The notes under the pieces: model-generated
Told to the model about the DNA's origin: nothing
Database searches by the model: none
The model's input: the letters and a program-made list of their open reading frames with translations, nothing else
IMG/VR virus record: IMGVR_UViG_3300030376_006415
Span: 1-56,637 of that record
Direction: 5' to 3' (one strand)
DNA from: a virus
Taxonomy: Duplodnaviria > Caudoviricetes
DNA: 56,637 nucleotides
Program-made: the position numbers and the translations under genes
Shown: positions 8,713 through 18,388 of the stretch, piece after piece
Layout of the letters: the number at the start of each line of letters is the position of its first letter
Numbering within the stretch: position 1 is the stretch's first letter

Positions 8713-8936
8713 ACTCAGATGAAAGAAAAAGTGGGAATATGGATAATATAGGAGAAAGATATAAAGATAAACTCACTGAACAAAGAGACTGGATGGATGG
8801 TATAGATTCATTCAGAGATGAAACCAAGGAAAGAATGCTTGATTTACATAGTAGAATGAATGAACTGGAGTTAAGCCTTGAAGAAAGCATACAAGACATT
8901 CGGGACTATCTCGAATCCGCAAAGAAAAAGAGTTAA
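8709..8936 (+). CDS. Coiled-coil hypothetical protein
   Basis: ATGA overlap, heptad-like pattern. Confidence 0.6.
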   Translation: MNSDERKSGNMDNIGERYKDKLTEQRDWMDGIDSFRDETKERMLDLHSRMNELELSLEESIQDIRDYLESAKKKS

Positions 8937-9117
8937 CTTTCACTGTGAAGATTGTGGTGGCGTATGGAAAAAGCCTGTAAACTATTTCCTGCGTCACCCA
9001 CATCGTGCAATTACTGCATTAGTTCCTGAGTATGAAAAGGAAATATGTAAAAGATGTGCAGTTAGAGAGTTTGGAGCTAAAAATAAACGAAGAAAGAGGT
9101 TTTTTAATGAAGAATAA
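8878..9117 (+). CDS. Zinc-finger hypothetical protein
   Basis: CEDC...CKRC. Confidence 0.5.
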   Translation: MKKAYKTFGTISNPQRKRVNFHCEDCGGVWKKPVNYFLRHPHRAITALVPEYEKEICKRCAVREFGAKNKRRKRFFNEE

Positions 9118-9292
9118 AGAGCAAATAGAAAAAGTATTGTTAACTGAAAGAGAGATACTTAATGATAAAGACCATGCTATGACAGAGATAGAATGGGCTA
9201 ATAATGCAGGTTGGATAGAAGCATTAGAATGGGTTTTAGGTAGAACAAAGGTTGGAGAAGATTTCATTTTCATTCCAGAGGAGGAAGTATAA
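9107..9292 (+). CDS. Hypothetical protein
   Basis: GAGG RBS; GWIEALEWVL. Confidence 0.6.
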   Translation: MKNKEQIEKVLLTEREILNDKDHAMTEIEWANNAGWIEALEWVLGRTKVGEDFIFIPEEEV

Positions 9293-9600
9293 TGAATCAA
9301 ATAAGTGAGTGCTGTGACGCTCCTTTGGTTTATCATATCTGGGAAATGGAGAATAAATCAATTGGTTATGAGCCTTGGGATTTCTGTCCAGAATGCTTAG
9401 AGTGTTGCTCTGGTTATGACCCTCAAGATAAAGATAGAATAAAACAATTAACAGAAGGAGCAAACGATGACACAATTAAGCGGGCGAATAAAAGACTTGC
9501 CAAAGACCTTGGTTTTGGACGAAAAGATAATGATGTCGATAGCCAGGATGATAGCATACGTGATGGCTTTCTCTACGGACCACAACAATGCGCCCCCTGA
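9292..9600 (+). CDS. Zinc-ribbon hypothetical protein
   Basis: SECCDAP...CPECLEC. Confidence 0.6.
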   Translation: MNQISECCDAPLVYHIWEMENKSIGYEPWDFCPECLECCSGYDPQDKDRIKQLTEGANDDTIKRANKRLAKDLGFGRKDNDVDSQDDSIRDGFLYGPQQCAP

Positions 9601-9705
9601 AATGAGTAAACAAGCTATCGAGCTGGATGCTCGTATTGTAGATAAATGGTTGTTAGATTCACCAAAAGAGTCTTAAATTAATTATAGAACAAGGAGAGAA
9701 TATCA

Positions 9706-9948
9706 ATGGACTTTGATCCAAAAGCAGAGCGTAACAAGAAACAAATGACAATTCATGGGCCTACTCAAAGGTATTATTATATCAAAATGAAACAGGCCGA
9801 GAGAATATTCAAAGAGATTGTAAAGATAAACCCAGCTAATCCAGACAGAAATAAACTTATGGAAGTATGGGACGAAGCCCAAAACTACTTAACCCCTAAG
9901 AGCTTAGGATTAAAGTATTACAAAGTAGACAAGGGCAATGAAAACTAG
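9706..9948 (+). CDS. Hypothetical protein
   Basis: AAGGAG RBS. Confidence 0.65.
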   Translation: MDFDPKAERNKKQMTIHGPTQRYYYIKMKQAERIFKEIVKINPANPDRNKLMEVWDEAQNYLTPKSLGLKYYKVDKGNEN

Positions 9949-10285
9949 ATCCTCAAAGAATAAAGGAAGAAGACTTCAAAATCTTGTCCGTGATGTTCTT
10001 AGGGATCTTTTTAATTCCTTTCTTGATCCAGAAGATATAAAATCACAGACAATGGGAATGCCGGGGGAAGACATAGTTCTTTCCCCTGCAGCCCAAAAGG
10101 TCATACCTTATAGCTTTGAATGTAAAAATGTAGAAAGATTAGATTTATGGGGATCATTAGAACAAGCTACTAATAACTCACAAGATAGAAAGCCTGTCCT
10201 GATAATCAAAAGAAATAGATCTAAGGTATATGCAATATTAGAACTAGATGATTTTAAGGAATTAATTAAACCAGATGAGCAATAA
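9938..10285 (+). CDS. Hjc-like Holliday junction resolvase (PD-(D/E)xK)
   Basis: KNKGRRLQ, GEDI, FECKN. Confidence 0.8.
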   Translation: MKTRSSKNKGRRLQNLVRDVLRDLFNSFLDPEDIKSQTMGMPGEDIVLSPAAQKVIPYSFECKNVERLDLWGSLEQATNNSQDRKPVLIIKRNRSKVYAILELDDFKELIKPDEQ

Positions 10286-10421
10286 AACAGACTACAATTA
10301 TTTTAAAGAAATGAAAGAAGATTCTTATGCAGATCTAATGAGTGATGTTAGGATGCTAGAAAGATATCTATCTCGAGTAAAACAAAAACTAAACGACTTA
10401 GAAGATAAATTAATCACCTAA
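10275..10421 (+). CDS. Small hypothetical protein (48 aa), last gene of the + arm
   Basis: Manual translation MSNKTDYN...LEDKLIT; overlaps the end of the convergent gene by 12 nt. Confidence 0.5.
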   Translation: MSNKTDYNYFKEMKEDSYADLMSDVRMLERYLSRVKQKLNDLEDKLIT

Positions 10422-13400
10422 CATACTTGGCGGATTATCAGTCCAGCTAGATATTTCCTTACTTAAAAGCCTGAGACTTCTAGAGTATAATCCAAATCCT
10501 TTCATGGCTCTTTCAGTCATGCTATCTGATTCACCAAATAGTAAATCAATAGTTGTATTTAGATACATAGGCATCCACATCCTAAGCCAATTCTGATATA
10601 TCTTATCTTCCTCCTCATCATCATACATACTTGTATTAATCGCTGCCTGTATAACATGCAGTGTTCTTAATATTAAACTCACAGATACTGACTCTAAACC
10701 CCTCCCGAGTCCAGACTGACCATACAACCCCTTTGTAAATACACCGGTCAACCTATTCAATACACCTACAAATGGAATCAAACTACTACCTGCTTGCATA
10801 GCAGATGCTAATACACGAGTATAGAAAAATCTATGCATTTTTAATTCTTGAGACCCCTTTGGATCATCACTAAGTTTCATTGTGTCCCATATAAACTTAC
10901 TTTTTTCAGCAGGAGATAGGTCTTTCATGCTATCTAGCCATCCCAATATCAGTTTACCTTCACGCATAATTTGCATATAACTATAAGGCATAAACTTAAA
11001 GAATGTTTGTCCAGTACCACCTCTTAAAAACTTAGCATAAAACTCAGGAGTCATACCAAACATAGTTTTATTTACCATTATCCTAGCAGACCTTATAGCT
11101 TCAGGATGAAGATATGGAGATTTACCAGACTTAATCCATTCGTCTGGCACTTTACCTAATTTAACAGCTAATATAGCACCTGTAATTGCAGCCAAACCAC
11201 GCATTCTCTCTTCAGTTCCAGAGAAGGCATATGCACCCCTGGTATCTGATGCTCTAATGAGATGATTAATCCATCCACCTTCAAGCCCCCATTTAACCCA
11301 TGTATTAGCTAATGCTCTACTTATTCTTAGTTTAGTATTTTTCTCTAATGCTTTAATATCATTCTTGGATAATGTTCCCTGCCTTAATGAATGAGCAGTT
11401 TCATACATTCCATTCATAACATTTTGCATGTCATTAACTAGGCTTCCCTCATCTAGCCCCAATCTACTTTCCATAGCAACTAGCCATTTCTCATATGATT
11501 TATTGCTCATAACCTTTTGCAAGAATTGCTTTTGAGGTAAGTTGAATAGCAATAAATCCTTAACTGCAAAAAAGCCGCTATTCCATTCTATATCACCACT
11601 AACAGACCCAAGTAATGAATCTGCTATAGATGCCATTAAATCTGATACACCAGACTGTTTAATAATCTCATCTTTAATTTCAGGAGTATTTTGCTCTATC
11701 TCATGAGCTTCTACCTCTGTTGATACAGATGATTCAATCCAAACGCTTACTTGCTGCCAGCTATTACGCTGTGCAGATTGCATACCCAATAAGTTACCAC
11801 TAATAATAGCCCCTGGTATCTTTAATACGGTGTAAATCCATTCAGGCGTAGCATTTAATCCAAGCTTTTTAGCAAAATCACTTACCTCTTTCTCTCCATA
11901 CTCAAAAGATTTAAGGAAAAAAGGAAATGCTGCACGTGCATCTCTTCTTCCAATAGTAGCTTTTAGATGGTCTACTAAATAGTCTTTAACTTTCCCTGGA
12001 ACTATAGCCAATATATCAAGCATTTTTAGTTTAAGCTCACCCTTAGCTGCATTATCAACCATATTATTAACATAGTCAACTAATACCTGAAAATCACCTC
12101 TTCTTCCATCATTTTGAAGCTCTTTGCTGGGAAGGGGAGATATAACACCAGTTCTTTGCTTTGCATGCTTTAATACATCGATAAGCTTCATTGTATTGGC
12201 AATATCATATCCACTTTTTTGTCCAGTTTTAACTAAAATCATCTCACGTATATATTGATACTGTGATAATATATCATTATACTCTTCTTCTTTTGATGTA
12301 ATATCTTCTGGATCAGCTGTATTATCAGAATCGAAATCCTCTAGCTCTTCTGCAGATCTCTGTAAAGCCTCATATATTTTGTTTTCTATACGAAGTAAAT
12401 TTTGGAAATCATCAGCAGAAGATCTTTTATGAGGGAAGTAATTCTCTTTCTCTCCCATATATTGATTATTATGTACTAATTTTTTATCCTTAACATACAT
12501 ATTACTATCTAAATCTATACCTAAAAGGTCATTTAATAAACTTTCCTTGTCATTATTACTAATTATACCTTTAGATACAAGTTCAGACAGTTTATTATTA
12601 ACACCATCTACACTATTGCTTGTTCTTTGTGCGATCTCAACATAGAACTCTTTTAGTATTCTTCTTAAGTCATTCACATAGTCCCATATCTCTCGAGGCA
12701 TTTGCTCTTGAGGTAATGTAGGTAGATTTCTATAGTTGTAATATGCTGAAGTTTTATAAGTAGATTTCCTTCCACCTTTTAATGTAGCAGTACCTGTACG
12801 TGAAGTGTGTGATACAGCCTCATGAAAACCTTCACTCATGAGGGTTGATGAAGTATCATTTGGATCCATATTAGCAATACCCATGCCCCTAGCAGTATTC
12901 TTAAAGTATTCCTTCCAAAACTTCCACCTTTTTGAACTCATAGAAAGAGCTCCACCATCCTTCTTTAAAGGGTATCTTTCTGGTTGATATTCATTTTTCT
13001 CACCTATCCTCTGAGATGGGACCTCAAAAGTCAACCAAATCTCTTGACCGTCATTATTATTTGCATCCTGCTTAATGGATACAACAAAAATAGGCCTATT
13101 AATACCTTCCGGTTCCATCTTCTGGATATGTAAGCCCTCACTAATGCCATGATCTAAATCATCATTAATAGCCTTAATAATTGCATCTTTATTATCCTCG
13201 AACTCCTTAGAGAATACCATTTCACCATTTTCATTTAAGATAAATACAGGAGTAGGCTTAAGCCATCTGGTTCTTTCGTCTAATATATCCGCAACAAGCT
13301 CATTAGTGTTTGCCAAGCTTTGCTCTATAGCATCACGTTCATTAAAGCCTTCACTTACATTATACATCCATGCTTTATGTATGTGTATAAAATGGCTTAG

Positions 13401-14081
13401 ATTGCTTTGTGCGTTCTTTAACCTATCAATATATTTATTCGCTAACTGGTATTTGTTATATAGGTAGTCTTTTGTGGTTGCTATAAACTTAGTGCCTAAC
13501 CCACTCTTATCGTGGTTCATCATCTCTACAATAGGATCACCCATTGTATCAGACACTTGAGACATTTTTCTCTTATTCTCTAGCTTGGATTGCTTCTTGT
13601 ATAGCTTGTTTAACCTTGTGTTAATTGCTCGCAAGGTACTTAAATCTAAATCATGCAATGTTCCAAATGGAGTAAATCTATCCTCCATATAGTCCTTTAG
13701 CGCTTCAATCATTGGACCTGGATCCATTTTCATCAAATCATTTGACTTGTAATTTAAAACAGTCTCTTTAATTGTATTCTTAATAAGATCAATAGTCTTT
13801 AGCTTATCCTCATACTCTAAAACATGCTTATTTAATACTTTAATGTTTTTATCAATCTTCTTATTGGCTTGAATAATACGGGATCGTTCTCTAGGGTTAG
13901 ATTTGTATTTATGCATTTTATCTAAATTTGATTGCCTTGTTTCTCTGGCACTTTTTAACGAACCATATAACCTTGTGTCGTCATTAAAATCATCACCAAG
14001 TACAGAATCAACTATATCATATAACTTCTCTTTATACGCCACAATATCAAACTGCTGTATATTACATGCACTCTTTCCCAT
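10410..14081 (-). CDS. Giant internal virion (ejection) protein 3
   Basis: ~1220-aa helical ORF; likely start MGKSAC via TAATG coupling; last gene of the late arm. Confidence 0.6.
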   Translation of the reverse strand: MGKSACNIQQFDIVAYKEKLYDIVDSVLGDDFNDDTRLYGSLKSARETRQSNLDKMHKYKSNPRERSRIIQANKKIDKNIKVLNKHVLEYEDKLKTIDLIKNTIKETVLNYKSNDLMKMDPGPMIEALKDYMEDRFTPFGTLHDLDLSTLRAINTRLNKLYKKQSKLENKRKMSQVSDTMGDPIVEMMNHDKSGLGTKFIATTKDYLYNKYQLANKYIDRLKNAQSNLSHFIHIHKAWMYNVSEGFNERDAIEQSLANTNELVADILDERTRWLKPTPVFILNENGEMVFSKEFEDNKDAIIKAINDDLDHGISEGLHIQKMEPEGINRPIFVVSIKQDANNNDGQEIWLTFEVPSQRIGEKNEYQPERYPLKKDGGALSMSSKRWKFWKEYFKNTARGMGIANMDPNDTSSTLMSEGFHEAVSHTSRTGTATLKGGRKSTYKTSAYYNYRNLPTLPQEQMPREIWDYVNDLRRILKEFYVEIAQRTSNSVDGVNNKLSELVSKGIISNNDKESLLNDLLGIDLDSNMYVKDKKLVHNNQYMGEKENYFPHKRSSADDFQNLLRIENKIYEALQRSAEELEDFDSDNTADPEDITSKEEEYNDILSQYQYIREMILVKTGQKSGYDIANTMKLIDVLKHAKQRTGVISPLPSKELQNDGRRGDFQVLVDYVNNMVDNAAKGELKLKMLDILAIVPGKVKDYLVDHLKATIGRRDARAAFPFFLKSFEYGEKEVSDFAKKLGLNATPEWIYTVLKIPGAIISGNLLGMQSAQRNSWQQVSVWIESSVSTEVEAHEIEQNTPEIKDEIIKQSGVSDLMASIADSLLGSVSGDIEWNSGFFAVKDLLLFNLPQKQFLQKVMSNKSYEKWLVAMESRLGLDEGSLVNDMQNVMNGMYETAHSLRQGTLSKNDIKALEKNTKLRISRALANTWVKWGLEGGWINHLIRASDTRGAYAFSGTEERMRGLAAITGAILAVKLGKVPDEWIKSGKSPYLHPEAIRSARIMVNKTMFGMTPEFYAKFLRGGTGQTFFKFMPYSYMQIMREGKLILGWLDSMKDLSPAEKSKFIWDTMKLSDDPKGSQELKMHRFFYTRVLASAMQAGSSLIPFVGVLNRLTGVFTKGLYGQSGLGRGLESVSVSLILRTLHVIQAAINTSMYDDEEEDKIYQNWLRMWMPMYLNTTIDLLFGESDSMTERAMKGFGLYSRSLRLLSKEISSWTDNPPSMLGD

Positions 14082-17000
14082 TAACAAAGATCCTTATTTA
14101 TAATGTCGACAGATGAAAAACCTGCCTCTTTTAGTCCCTCAAGGTCAGATATATCTAAATCAGAAGAGAAAAACACTGATTCCCATTTCTTACCCCAATT
14201 CTCCATTGCAATATCACTTAGTATGTCTTGGAAAGGGAGAACATTTGCAATATTTTTCTTCCCTATACCACCTATAATAACACTGGTAATAATAGCTCTC
14301 ATCATTCCAGTCTTATTTTGATCACCAGTTTCATGCTTAGTTTCCAGCTCTAGTAATTTAGTATATTCACGCTCTAATAATGCAAGTAGTTTTGGATCAC
14401 GTTGTATAGTGTTGTTATTGTGATTTTTTTCACCTACAATATTATAAAAGCTGGTCATAAAGCCTCTAGCAAAATTTCTAGCAGCCTCATAATCAGACTT
14501 GCTTATAACCTTTCCATAATTTTCCTTTACCCAATCCTTTAAGAAGTTTCTAGCTTTATAGGATGCAACATCAATCCTGCTTTGATCGTAATCATAAGAG
14601 CTCTCAGGAGGATTTTCTCCAAACTTATCTATCATCATCTGATAGGGTAATACAGCATGTCTCTCTTCATATGTCATGTCATTATCATTAACTTCTACGT
14701 CCATTTTTAATGTAGCGCCTGTACTTACTCTATATTCAGCTGTTTCTAGTGCTGCCTTTTTATCAGATGCGCTAGAAGACAAGAAATCATATATCTTCTT
14801 AATATTATCCATTAAGTCAACCTCAGAAAGAGACTGATATAATGCATTCTTACCTTTACGTATATTAGACATATTAAATATCTTAGTTATAGCTAGTCCT
14901 GTGTCAGGCATATGAGAAGAGCCATTTAAAACTTTATAATGCTTTTCTGTTAATAGATCAGGGTCAGATACATTGAACATCCTTTTCATTAGCCATAAAT
15001 TTCCAGACTCATCTTCCATATTAAATCCCCATGACTTAGTAAGCATATTAAGTTTGGGATGGTCAACTGCAGCATTCAGGATTAAATTTAGCTCATGCTC
15101 TACTGTAGTCTTTAGATAATTTACACCATCTATAGTAGTGATTTCAGCAATACCAGACCAACCTAAATCCCTTAATGTTTTTTCATTAACCCCTGCCTTA
15201 AGTGGAGCATAATCCATTACAACCTTTTGAGTTTTCTTTTTGGGAGTTAGCTCTACTTCATTCACTCTTCCACCTTCAGTCTCAAGGAAAATAGTTATTT
15301 TCTTAATATGATGAGCTATATTATTTGTCAAATTCTTTAAATTAGTCATTCTACCTTGAGCATTATGCCCTGCAATAGTAGTAACCATATCAGACAGCAT
15401 AGACATATTATCGCTTAAGGCAGCAGGTTCAGGAATATCAAATACTCCGAGATCAGCAGATGCCTGCATACTTCTTTGGAATATATTGCTAAATTGAAAC
15501 TTCCATAAGGTATCTATATCATATTTGCTAGGTATTATCATTACACCTGCTTCATCAATATCAAAATCGCCTACGAGTCTTATCCCAACGTCTAAAGGGT
15601 GATGATAAATAGCATTCCCATCATCTCTCTGTGTAAACTCTACTATTCTTCTTGGAGCAATAGAGTCCAACTTCAAAATTGGAGATCTATAAGTTAAAAC
15701 ATGAGTAGGATTCTCCCTAAGCCATTGATTAACAAGGGCCACAGAAGGAACACCTTCTTTCATACCCATTAAATCAACTATATGATTATATATAGCCTTA
15801 TTACCAGATGACAGTATAACTCCTTCAGGCATACCAGCCTCATTATCAATTTCATTATTCTCATTTACTAATTGTATCTTGTCACCAAGGTAAGGCTTTA
15901 AGAAGTAATCAGATCCAGCAGTATCTACAGTATTATTATTTCCATCACCAGAACCCCTATAACTTCTCCCTTGCATTGAGCCCCTAAGGATCTGGTTATT
16001 CAAAAGCATTCTTCTGATTGGGTATAGGCTATCAGGGTGATGTATACCATAGCCTTTTCTGGCTAATAATTTATTTCTAACATTCTCTCTTCCCTGGGAC
16101 TTCTCAGAATACATATAACCAACTATAGATCGCAATAGATCAGGGTCTTCAGCAGCATCTATCCATGAGTTAATATATTTTGAAGATTCATTCTCAATCA
16201 TATCATATATAATATCAGCATACTCTTTTAATGAATCTTTATCCTGCTTATTATAACCCATTAAATGTAATGCATTCAGATATTGTATAGGTCCATATAC
16301 GTCCATATTTGATTGTGTTGAAGGAGCTATAATAACCCTCCTTGCACTCTCTGGTAACTCAAAAGAAGTATTAACTTTATAATCCCCATAGAAAGTTTTT
16401 GCACCATCTGTATCTGTCACCATATCTATAACCTCTCCATTGTTATATATGACAATCTCATCTTTAACTTTCTTTGTAGTAACAATTACATTATCTGGAT
16501 TTCTTCTGGATTTACCTTTTTTAACAATCTCTAGGTTATTATATGCTTCTTGTTCTGAATGCTTAAATTCTACATAACTATTCATATCATCTGAAATATT
16601 CATAAGCACAGTTTTAAGCTCTCTAGGAGCGTGATCGTTACTATACTTCTGTTCAAGACCAAGAGCCATATCTGAGGTATTCTTAAGAAGCCTAGTAGAA
16701 ACCATTGACAGACCATCAAGCAAGTTTGTCTTTCCAGTTAAGCCACGTAAAGTTTTAATATTATCTACCTTTTTACCATCTATATAAAAATCTACCTTGC
16801 TGGGGTCTATAATAATATGCTTAGTAGGGCCTACGCCAACTGGAACATATCCATCCGTTACAGATAACCTCATTCTGTTAAAGGTGTGTAGAGAATTGTA
16901 TTTTAAATACTGGTTGCCTCTTACAGCCTTATACCATTCATGCTTTGCTACTAATGCTATTGCATTTAAATAAGGAGGGTACATCATTTGATTTGTTTTT

Positions 17001-18388
17001 GGATTTCTTGGAACATCTAGTATATTCTTAAGGAAATTATCTATATCCTTATCCTCCATGAATACACCATTTTTCCTTTCCTGTAATAAATATTTCTTGG
17101 TGTTATTAGTGGCTATCGTAGTAATCAGTACATGGAAATTATTGAATGACTGCCTAGCGTCAGGAGTAAGTTTCCCCCGTTTCTTCATCATCATCATTCT
17201 ATCTTTAAGTTTTCTATAGTATATAGATGCATTAAATTTACTGTCTTCAAAATCCTTTATGAATCTTTCAGAGAATTTATTAGGCTGCTTTTTCATAGCT
17301 TCAATCAAACTGCTCTTGCTCAATACAGTATCAACATGCCCTTGTTGTATTTCTACTCCAAGCATATTGCCCTTATCACTTGCAGACATACCTACCAGAG
17401 CGACACCCTCATTAACAAGAAAATCAGTAAATAACTCTAAAAGCTCTAGCATTTTTATATTACCAGCATCCTCCCTTGCCCACCAGCTATTTGTCTTTCT
17501 ATTATGAATAACCTTGAATATCTTGTTTAGACCAAAATAATGCGTTATATCACCTACATTCTTTCCTCTAACTTTTGTTTTAAGATTGTCTATAAAGTTC
17601 TTATTTGCTCTTAATGAGAGTTTATTCTGTGTTAGAAGATTAACTGGATTACCTTCAGAGTCAACTACAGTATGCTCCCTTTTGAAATATTTTGTCCATC
17701 GACCCTTACCAGCACCACCTGCCATATTTTGAAAGTTAGCATAAACCCAAGAAAGTTTATCTTTTAGTGGTAAGGAATTAACCTCCTGATTTACTATCCA
17801 TAGCTTTTTTAATGGAGCTAAGTTATCGCCAAAATCTGCACCTTGATCTAAAGCCCAGTTCGAAAAATCTTCCCATGATAACTCTCTAGCGCTCTGGTAT
17901 ACTTTAGCCATCTTAGACTCATCGATCATTACACCTAAAGCCCCAAACCAAATAGCATTAAATTGGTCTGAGCCTAACCATGAGAATATTCCCTGATCAA
18001 CTTCTTTTTCTGGGTTCCAATTATGGCTTCCTCCGGTCTCATCAGCATCAGTTAAGGTTTCATTATCTACTCTTGCTTTAGCCGTCCTAAAGGGGCTTGA
18101 AAGACTTGATATAGGTATACTAGAAACAATATCACCGACCAATGCAGGATCTTGTGGCACATGAGTTACGACATCGAGTACATCTTCCCCATATATACTT
18201 CTTATTGCTTCTTGTATATCAGCAACCCATTCAGGGTTCTTTCCCTTAACACTATTAATCAAATGGTATAATATAGGATTTCTAGACCCCCCTTTAGGCC
18301 CTTCCTCGGCCTGGCTAACATAATCCTTAACCCAATCCTTAAGCTCTTTAATATCTTGAGCATTAGTTAAATTGCAATTACCACGCAT
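14081..18388 (-). CDS. Virion-packaged two-barrel RNA polymerase (crAss gp66-like, RNAi-polymerase-related)
   Basis: GDFDID (15554-15571), YRSP, LDG..VS, KHS and AAVDHPK motifs in the expected order. Confidence 0.8.
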   Translation of the reverse strand: MRGNCNLTNAQDIKELKDWVKDYVSQAEEGPKGGSRNPILYHLINSVKGKNPEWVADIQEAIRSIYGEDVLDVVTHVPQDPALVGDIVSSIPISSLSSPFRTAKARVDNETLTDADETGGSHNWNPEKEVDQGIFSWLGSDQFNAIWFGALGVMIDESKMAKVYQSARELSWEDFSNWALDQGADFGDNLAPLKKLWIVNQEVNSLPLKDKLSWVYANFQNMAGGAGKGRWTKYFKREHTVVDSEGNPVNLLTQNKLSLRANKNFIDNLKTKVRGKNVGDITHYFGLNKIFKVIHNRKTNSWWAREDAGNIKMLELLELFTDFLVNEGVALVGMSASDKGNMLGVEIQQGHVDTVLSKSSLIEAMKKQPNKFSERFIKDFEDSKFNASIYYRKLKDRMMMMKKRGKLTPDARQSFNNFHVLITTIATNNTKKYLLQERKNGVFMEDKDIDNFLKNILDVPRNPKTNQMMYPPYLNAIALVAKHEWYKAVRGNQYLKYNSLHTFNRMRLSVTDGYVPVGVGPTKHIIIDPSKVDFYIDGKKVDNIKTLRGLTGKTNLLDGLSMVSTRLLKNTSDMALGLEQKYSNDHAPRELKTVLMNISDDMNSYVEFKHSEQEAYNNLEIVKKGKSRRNPDNVIVTTKKVKDEIVIYNNGEVIDMVTDTDGAKTFYGDYKVNTSFELPESARRVIIAPSTQSNMDVYGPIQYLNALHLMGYNKQDKDSLKEYADIIYDMIENESSKYINSWIDAAEDPDLLRSIVGYMYSEKSQGRENVRNKLLARKGYGIHHPDSLYPIRRMLLNNQILRGSMQGRSYRGSGDGNNNTVDTAGSDYFLKPYLGDKIQLVNENNEIDNEAGMPEGVILSSGNKAIYNHIVDLMGMKEGVPSVALVNQWLRENPTHVLTYRSPILKLDSIAPRRIVEFTQRDDGNAIYHHPLDVGIRLVGDFDIDEAGVMIIPSKYDIDTLWKFQFSNIFQRSMQASADLGVFDIPEPAALSDNMSMLSDMVTTIAGHNAQGRMTNLKNLTNNIAHHIKKITIFLETEGGRVNEVELTPKKKTQKVVMDYAPLKAGVNEKTLRDLGWSGIAEITTIDGVNYLKTTVEHELNLILNAAVDHPKLNMLTKSWGFNMEDESGNLWLMKRMFNVSDPDLLTEKHYKVLNGSSHMPDTGLAITKIFNMSNIRKGKNALYQSLSEVDLMDNIKKIYDFLSSSASDKKAALETAEYRVSTGATLKMDVEVNDNDMTYEERHAVLPYQMMIDKFGENPPESSYDYDQSRIDVASYKARNFLKDWVKENYGKVISKSDYEAARNFARGFMTSFYNIVGEKNHNNNTIQRDPKLLALLEREYTKLLELETKHETGDQNKTGMMRAIITSVIIGGIGKKNIANVLPFQDILSDIAMENWGKKWESVFFSSDLDISDLEGLKEAGFSSVDIINKDLC

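Noticed and set aside
1702-9600. Genome-wide stop codon reassignment
   Set aside because: Long genes are intact in the standard code, and TGA/TAG end genes at normal junctions
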